DNA of 55,566 bases, filler included, from Sluysia triapertura (Eukaryota), in the NCBI GenBank assembly GCA_046118255.1. It is 4 parts of 4 records of this genome, joined end to end, with 100 filler letters (N's around TTAATTAATTAA, not from the genome) between each part and the next. Parts side by side here need not be neighbours in the genome. Positions count along the whole stretch, not along the records: positions 38,449 to 55,566 come from JBJNIA010192605.1; 3 more parts are not named here. The stretch is one strand, 5' to 3'. Each line of letters starts with the position of its first letter. Within the stretch, counting starts at the first letter, position 1. The position numbers and the translations under genes are program-made. This document shows positions 47,601 to 55,566 of the stretch, piece after piece. The notes under the pieces are model-generated. The model saw only the letters and a program-made list of their open reading frames with translations. It ran no database searches and was not told the DNA's origin.

Positions 47601-48999
47601 AAATTTTGAAAGATTAATGAAATAATTCATTAAGGCTAATTTTGTAAGGTATGATAGCGCTCAAAACATTTAACCCTAGGTAGAGAATTATTGTCGTCTA
47701 AGCACCAGCAACTGCGTAATTTAACTAAAACGAAAATAAGAGTTGTTTTGTAAATTTTCTCATATGTTTACTGATAAACAAATTTACCGTTATTATTTTG
47801 ATTTGTGCATGTTGTAGTTCTCAATACTATGCATGAGAAAGAGTAAGAAACATTAGTAAACTGTATAGATTTATTTTCGTCATTATACCACGCATAGTTC
47901 TCATAGTTTACGAAAAACGTATTCCAATAGATTTTATACGCAATTTTAATTTTTAATAGGATAATTAAATTTATAGTAACAGTTACAATGAGTTCACTTA
48001 AGTTGTTACCATATATACTTGTATAAATTATTAACACAAGTCATCTTGATTTATATTTTAGAAACTGACACTTTCATTTGGTACACATTATATAATTAAT
48101 CATATATTTATGTAAATACTAGCAAAACACAAAATTTCAACTATACATAAATTATGCATAAATTCATATGTAATATAATTTATCTTAGGCAACATACTCA
48201 CAGATAAGTAGAAAATTAAAGTCAAAGCACTCACATTGTATAGATATATATGCTACATTTTTATGAATTATTTTTTCAAGTTTGTTAGATAACTTACATT
48301 CATTATTGGTACTTAGAGGTCGTTTAGATTTTCCTTGAATAGCATTTTGAAAAATGACCTGGGTATTAGAATTAAAGCCACTTTCACATCCAGCAATTAA
48401 TACGTTATTTGGAAAATTATTGTTGATATCGACACAACCGAGACAAACTAAATCAATAGTACCGGAAATTGAATTGCATTGATTAGGAATAGATCGTTTT
48501 GCTGCCGGAATAGAATCTTTAAGCTGGTCATCAATTGGTCTCATTATATCTTTTAATTGATCTTCATTAAAAATTGATGATTGGAATTTAAGATCACTAG
48601 CCAATTTGCTCAGGGTCTTTTGAATTAAATACATTTTCTGATACGATTCTCTATAATTACTCATCAATTCGCGTAACATTTTTTTATTCACTTTGGCACC
48701 TTTTAAACAACCAATACAAATTGCGCGTTCAACTATGAATCGATGAGTCAAATTTTTTATATCAATTGCTTTTTTATTGTTCTCTTGCGGTTGTGTTATA
48801 AATAAAGATTCGGAAGTCTGGTTTTCAGTTCCTGTTTCAGCATCATCAGTTAATTTGAGTCGATTAATCTGATTTTCAATGAAACGAATTTTTTTGTCTG
48901 ACTCTTCAAACAATCGACGTGTTTCGTCTAGAATTTTGCCTTTATGGAGGCGTGTTAAACGTTCGGCACCATTACGTATCTTTAGTATATAATAATAAT

Positions 49000-49038
<39 letters not shown>

Positions 49039-52000
49039 ATTCCTTGTTCGACAAATTAAAACGTGAAGTTAGAAATTTCTTGGAACATAGTTCTTTTATA
49101 TTTAATTTAAATATTGATTATCTTAATTCTTAAAAGACGAAAGTGTAGTACACTTCACGCCGTTGTATTCCCGGTTGGCTGAATTTATAAAATGATTCTT
49201 TGGAATTACATTTACTTCATGTTCTTACATCATATAGTTACTAAATTAAATTAGTTTCTTAATTAAATATAATTTCCTATTTTTTGTCAAATTAATTCCG
49301 TCCAGAGCGTTTAAAGTTGTTTTATAGCGCAAATTAATATATACTATAGTAATGTAATTAGATGAATCTCATTAATAAACAAACATTTTTTGATTAGTGG
49401 TTTGGTAGTATGTTAATGCCAAATGATATGAAAGGTAACCAAGACTTTAATATATTATATTTTAAAATCATGTACAGTTCCAATAACAAAATTGAATTAC
49501 AAATGTAATAACATTCCAGCAAGATAATAGTCCTATTTACCTAATTTGAAACACAAATACATTTTTATATTAATTTAATTTAATCCTGAACAATCCAGAC
49601 TTAAATACTGAAAATAGTTGAAATATCTAATTCAGAAAAAAATTAGATGTTACTCAATTGTAAGAAAGAATTAAAGATACTGTATTTTGGTATAATTAAA
49701 TTCAAATCAAAGTTGAATGAAGCTCACATAAATCAATAACAGAAAGATAAATGTCATTTATTGGTAAATAAGATCACTTAAAATCTCGATTTTTTAAAAA
49801 CGTATTTCATATCCTGTGGCTTATACTCATTTAAATGAATGGAAATAATCAAAATTATAATAATTCAAGAGATTATAAATGTATACATCAACATTATTTA
49901 TTGATAAGTTTATTAATATAAATTTAGCTCTATGGTTTAATTTGTCATTGAATGTAATAATAATTATTAATTTTATTTTTTAATTACAATTAACAGAATC
50001 AGCTCGAATCTGAAAAAATATCGCTAAATATAAAGTTTTTACATGAAATAACACAGTGGGGATAAGGATAATTTCTAAAATAAAAATCCCACTTGTAATA
50101 TTATACATAATCTAAAAATATCATATAAATTTCATTTAATACAGATTTACAAGGTTTGTCTAATACATTAAAGTTGTATTTCCAATCACAATATTGTAAT
50201 GTTATTTGCATTCCAATATTATATTGATTTATAATTAATATATCAATAATTATTATTGTACATTAAAGAAAAATTTGATTTATTGTTAGAATTTTTTTAT
50301 TTTTTGCTTTCAAGAACTTTAAAATATTAACTGGATGACTAAAACTTTACCCTTTTATTTGCTGTGAAATTTTCAACTGCTAGATTATCGATATTAATTG
50401 TAATTTGTAGTGGATTATTAAACGAGAATGTGACGTTTTATTAAATTGAATGTAAAATGCATCATACACGTTCACTCTTGTAAATTAAACATTTTCCCAA
50501 TATTTAAGAAATTATAAACTTTGAAAATAACATAGAACAAATAACTATTATGAAGCAGTTTAATTTTTTCACACATACAGTGCGGAAATTAATCATATTA
50601 TATAGTCTTTTTAAATCACTCGAGATTGTTTTACATTTTGCAAAAGTACATTTAAATTAAAGAGAAAAAAGAAACCTATTAAAAATGTATATTAATTTAA
50701 AATTTTTAAATTAATTTAAATACAATCAAAATATTTGTTTGTATTTAATATATATATATTAGTATATTTCTGAGCTTTACAAATTATCACAAATCTTCGA
50801 ATATAATGTGCACTTTTATTAAAAAAGTACTGCAAAATTTTAATTATAATGCATTTTTGTGTACAATGTATTATTGAATTATTACATTTAAGAAATATGT
50901 AGACCTATGTATAATGAGTACCCTAACTTCTATTACTTTAAAAAGTGAATATATATAAAAAACAAATTGACCACAATAAAAGTTAATATCATATTTTAAA
51001 TAAACATTGAATAAATTGTCAATCGGCATCCAGGTAAAATTTAACTAGGTATCCTAATAAAATATTCTAAAACTGAACATTTCATACTTAAATTCAAAAA
51101 TGATTGCATTTATTGAATCAAATTTTAGATATTTTACAACTTTTAAAATACACTCAATTACTTAATTGTAAAAATATTAATGTTAAAAAGTAAAAAATAA
51201 TCTTTCAAAATAAAATAACTGCTACTTTCTTAATTTTAAAAAATATTTATCACTTACACTTTTTTCAATTTCCAGTCTGCGAGTCAAATCCTTAAGGAAA
51301 AAATCAGATTCATTTTCTTCTTTATTTTCGTCATTTCCTAAATTAAATATTCATTTCAATATTTAAAATATCTAATAAATAATAAAGCTTAGATAAAATT
51401 AGTAAACATATTGCAACACTTAATTTTAAATGTGTTGTATAAATTCATTTGACGGGAAATTTAATCAAATACATTGCATAATAAAAGCTTGTGCTTTAAA
51501 TGTCAATTATTATGACATTTGATCATAACAGTATTATGAATATCTTTTTCTCACGTCATTTACTTAAATTTAACAAACTAAAATAAAACATTTGACAAAC
51601 AATAAATTCGGATACTTATCCAAATTTTTGCAAATAATTGTACTAATTTATTTACCTGAAACTTGTTCGCTTATATCATGTGGATTCAAATACTGGTTTA
51701 GGCATAATATGTCATCTTCAATATCTTGTATTTTTTCTTTAGTTTCTTTAATTTCGAGTTTAAGCTCTTTTTCTAATGTTTGTGTTCTTCTATCATCTCC
51801 AGATGCAGGATATGATGCCCCATTAGAAGCATGAGCAATTTTTTGTATACCAGCTTGAGTTTTGTATAATTTATTTAAATGAATTCGAGTACTGCAAACC
51901 AATTGTTGTAATTCTTGTAATACTTGGGTATAGTTACCCCCAGGTGAAATGCCATATTTCACTTTGATTTCACTTAAATCAATTCCGTCTTCCTAAAAAT

Positions 52001-52040
52001 TAACACAGTTAATTCAAAGTTTAATTCAAAATATTACCAT
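44685..52040 (-). CDS. PKN: Protein kinase N (PKN/PRK) N-terminal regulatory half: three HR1 repeats + C2 domain; exons 52038-52040, 51656-51992, 51258-51337, 48298-48979, 44685-44871; kinase exons not found in the window
   Basis: Phase-consistent GT-AG junctions. HR1b LKDLTRRLEIEKS|IRNGAERL..EESDKKIRFIENQI; HR1c IKNLTHRFIVERAICIG..RESYQKMYLIQKTL; C2 ISGTIDLVCLGCVDI and ECKCVVKLDNKAVFETQF..SCWQDRVQLVLDRAKEMEIQVYCR (PKN consensus VLKLDN..QT.W..WDQ.F.+.LDR.RE+EI.VYWR). Confidence 0.92.
45527..46008. mobile_element. piggyBac-type MITE in a PKN intron
   Basis: TTAA|ccctttaaccgccg ... cggcgacgaaaggg|TTAA; subterminal palindrome tgggaccaattggtccca. Confidence 0.88.
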
Positions 52041-52477
52041 GTTAAATACTCTTATAATTTCTAATTAATATTAAACATGAAAAGTGATAAAATCACGTGA
52101 ATGTGTAAAAAGAATTTAAATACAAAATAATCAAGAAATAATACTTCAAATATTAAACTTTACTTTTTACTTTTTTATTTTTTAAAATAAAATAAATACG
52201 AAATATATTAAAAAAATAATAATATAAATGAATAATAATATACCACATCTAGGAAATAAATTTTAAAAAAATAAGTGTCGACTATTTTTTAAACAAAAAA
52301 AAATTATTTATCTTAGTAACGCTTTTCATTTTTTATAAAAATGACTAAGTTATTATATTTATTGCACTATTTATTCAACTAATTATTGTAAAAAATATTT
52401 CTTGGCATTAATCTTGTACTTTGACATTACAATTAAAGGCTTTTTATAAATTTAAAATTGCATTAAATTAAATTAAG

Positions 52478-52710
52478 TGTGGTGACCCAACTCATTTATT
52501 CAAAATTTTAACACTCCATAATAGAATCATACAACGGCACAATACCTAAATCACATAAGATGTTAAATTTTAATAATTTCAAGTTTAAAATTAATCAAAA
52601 AATGAAATTTCTGTAATACAACTGTAATTTTTCTTAATTCTCTATCATCTATCGAACTCTTACTTCTCTTTTATTGCCACAAAACAAATATGACACTGAA
52701 AAGAGACCTC
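52478..52710 (+). mobile_element. Candidate LTR (TGTGG...CCACA, 52478-52681) with a degenerate tRNA-Lys-like primer-binding site
   Basis: 5-bp inverted termini TGTGG/CCACA. The start tgtggtga.ccaactca..caaaatttta recurs at 25282 on another contig. The downstream tgacactgaaaagagac loosely resembles the tRNA-Lys PBS TGGCGCCCGAACAGGGAC. Confidence 0.45.
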
Positions 52711-52747
52711 AAGGGGTTTTCGAAGGCAATCAAATATTTGGGTATCC

Positions 52748-53878
52748 ATGCCTCATGGTAAACGAAATTTTAATTTTCCAATAATTGAGGTTGATACTAC
52801 CAAAACTGCATCTAATATCGATGTTGTACGATTAGAGTTAAATGATTTAAAATGGAAAAAGTATCCTAATGGTGGTTCGAGTAAATCGTGTCATGTTATC
52901 AATTTTAGTGATAGTATTAATAATTTAACAACTTTTGTCAATAAATTTCCCGGTATTAATCAGTGTTTACATAAAATATATTAGAAAAAAATGCGCCATC
53001 TTTCTTCTGAGGATTACAATTTCTATCCCAATCCTTGGTATTTGCCTGATCAATTATCAGAACTTCATTGTATGCTTTAAGTAAATCAAATGAAAATCCT
53101 CGATTAGAAGATTCTGTGATGTCAATACTCCGAATGTTAAAAGTAACTCAGGATAATAAAAAAGTCATCCTGAGCAAACGTCACAAATTACTCTACAAAA
53201 TGAAACCATTAATCAAGTGACAATAGATAAAAGCAACTCAGAAAACAGATTATACATCAAATGGTTCCAAAAATTCCTAAACCCGAACAAGGTCTTACTA
53301 GAGAAATGGAAAAAATTATGTGTTTATATCAAATGTCGCTAATCAAAATTTTGATCACATAAAATCAACGAATTTAGAACCAATTACAAATTTTTTCATT
53401 ATTGATAAATTGTTTCACAAAAATTTCATTCTATCTTTTCCTGGACATCGAATGGATCCAGCTATTGACCACTATCTGGACATTTCTATCTACATTATAA
53501 AGATATTAGAACGATATATGAAATTCATCGTAGATATTGATTCTGTTAGAATGCACGCTAGGACGAAGTTATCAGCACTAGGTATGAGAATAATTAAATT
53601 TGAAACATAAAGTTATTCAAGCAAATAATGATCGATCCTGCCATTTTAAAGCCTGTATTTGCCCATATGTTACAATAATGAATGGAACATGTTCCAGATT
53701 CGGTAAGCATTGTATTTATGCGCATAATGCTGTTGAAATAACAAACAATTTTGGTTTGGACTCAAATTCATCTAGTCATGTTGGTAGAATTCTCAACTTG
53801 ATAAGAGATACAACATCAGCTCCAGTTCATTACAAGAATGGTTATAACATTAAAGTAATTATTATTTACTCTCCTTAG
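52748..53878 (+). pseudogene. Intronless, frameshifted ORF ending in a CCCH zinc finger
   Basis: Chain of abutting ORF fragments; HFKACICPYVTIMNGTCSRFGKHCIYAHNAVE (53642-53737) fits the (Y/F)K..C..G.C..G..C.YAH...E CCCH pattern. Confidence 0.65.
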
Positions 53879-54791
53879 GATATTATGATTTTTCGATTCT
53901 TTTATTTATTTTGTTTTAAATTGTTTAGGAATCTAAAAAACGGATTACAAGGTATACTCTGGAAGCAAATAACTTTAATAAAAATTTAAAATTCAACCTA
54001 AATGTAATTAATAAAGTTGTTATGTCTTATTCTTTATTTGTATCATTATAACAATAAAATAAATAATGATCTAAAGTTCGATTACAAAAATTTTATAATT
54101 TATATAGTTATGACTAAATTAAAAATAAATGATTTTATTAAAGTAATTAATAAATGTTATTCAAATTTAAGCTCAAGATTTATAAATATAAATAATCAAG
54201 TATTTCCACAACAATATGCGCACAAGATTTCAGAACTACAAGATTCCAATGATGACCAGATCTTCTCAGACAATGTCATTCGCATCAAGGATCTTATTTC
54301 CAGCTTAGGACTCAAGTCAAGCATTACAAGTCTTTTACTAACAATAAATTAGAAAATAATATCTCCAGTAACATTGTGAATTCTAAAGTAAATTTTATGA
54401 TTTATAAAATATTTTATAAAGGTTTTAACTGTAATTTTCATTTTTAGAATCATGTTTAGTAAGCGACGAATGGACGGTAACGCGTACAAATATAAACAAA
54501 CATTACCATTACATAAATTTTAGAATTATAATTTCAATCGATGTTTTAACGTATTTAATGTTCAATACATGTCTTAATACTTATTTTTATTTGATTCTTA
54601 ATAAAGTTTTTAATGATAAGAATTCAAACATAATTTTCTCCAGTATCAAATTTTTTCTTAATGACAATTATTATAACCTAATTGATAAACGACTTCAACT
54701 TAACTTAAATTTCGAATTTGGATATAATACTCATACTTTGATCCAAAACATTTAAATTGGTTTCCAGTAGCACTATTTGTTAACATGGTAA

Positions 54792-55475
54792 TCATCCTAT
54801 TGCTACTATGGGGTACTTTTCCCAGCACCGATTTATAGAGTACTTATTCTGGCACCAAGTTACAGAGAGCTCATACTTACACCATGTATGGTTGTATGAA
54901 TAGTGGTTGAACCGTGTTATAAGTATTGATTTTGAGTGAATTGATTTGTCGTAAGATTTTATATCGAAAGGTTTATACCTAATCTTCAGAGGCGTAAGTC
55001 TATAATGCATGAGTGTGTTGATTAATTTTGATAAAGTTGAGAGGGCGTTATCATATTTAATAGAGTGAAGAACATCTGAAGTCGATTGCAGTGATAAAGT
55101 TATATTATAGAACTTAGAATTATCTTTAAATATCTTTAGATTTAATATTTTGATATTTAGTGTAATATTTTTTCTATTCATTATATTAATTGACGCTAAA
55201 TTTAATTCTTTGTTCAAGTCATAGTTAATGACACACTTATTAATGTGATACTTGGTAAAGTTTAAATTTTTAGACTTATTGATTAATACATATAAGTTAA
55301 TTGTTAATTCGTTAATATACTTAGTACTAAAATCATGAACTAATATTGAATTATTCGAGTAAAAATTTATTAAACAAAAAATATAATAATGCATTTGATC
55401 AACTGCTAACACTAAAATTTTATTAACATTACTTAGATTATATAAATTTCCGGAACTAGCTCTTGAGTGTTTCAT
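54792..55475 (-). CDS. Uncharacterised intronless 227-aa Asn/Ile/Lys-rich ORF, possibly a retroelement accessory or glycoprotein fragment
   Basis: 684-nt open frame with ATG; six N-x-S/T sequons (NLS, NNS, NFT, NIT, NIT, NHT); hydrophobic stretch near the N-terminus; TWC..TWC..CW near the end. No recognisable family. Confidence 0.4.
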   Translation of the reverse strand: MKHSRASSGNLYNLSNVNKILVLAVDQMHYYIFCLINFYSNNSILVHDFSTKYINELTINLYVLINKSKNLNFTKYHINKCVINYDLNKELNLASINIMNRKNITLNIKILNLKIFKDNSKFYNITLSLQSTSDVLHSIKYDNALSTLSKLINTLMHYRLTPLKIRYKPFDIKSYDKSIHSKSILITRFNHYSYNHTWCKYELSVTWCQNKYSINRCWEKYPIVAIG

Positions 55476-55566
55476 GACCCAGTAAAGAGTAAAAGAATAA
55501 TATTATAAAAATAAATAAAGTCACAACTAACAGAATAACTACATATTATGATACCAGAAGAGGCAG

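Overview
AT-rich animal genomic DNA (roughly 20-25% GC by eye; probably an invertebrate), not a prokaryote. The window is four contigs joined by identical artificial 100-nt spacers (44 N + TTAATTAATTAA + 44 N at 13216, 25486 and 38349), so adjacency across spacers means nothing. Host genes reconstructed by hand from GT-AG exons, all partial: HPD (4-hydroxyphenylpyruvate dioxygenase, 8 exons, +), an orphan gene with a pacifastin-like Cys motif, coiled coil and hydrophobic C-terminus (+), a PARL-type rhomboid protease (+), a damaged HELZ-like SF1 helicase (-) and protein kinase N (5 exons, -). Introns are either tiny (33-45 nt) or 0.3-4.4 kb and filled with transposon debris: gypsy pol, mariner, Tc1/IS630, rosa/maT-like, hAT and piggyBac MITEs, an L2 LINE and tRNA-Cys-derived SINEs. 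The most notable signals are (1) a decayed ~1 kb chuvirus-like (class III fusogen) glycoprotein/env gene at 41640-42690, mostly missed by the ORF track; (2) a probable LTR-retroelement 5' end at 52478 followed by an intronless CCCH zinc-finger ORF and an antisense Asn-rich ORF; (3) a helicase exon bracketed by inverted tRNA-derived SINEs. All family assignments come from motif recognition by eye; no database search was run.
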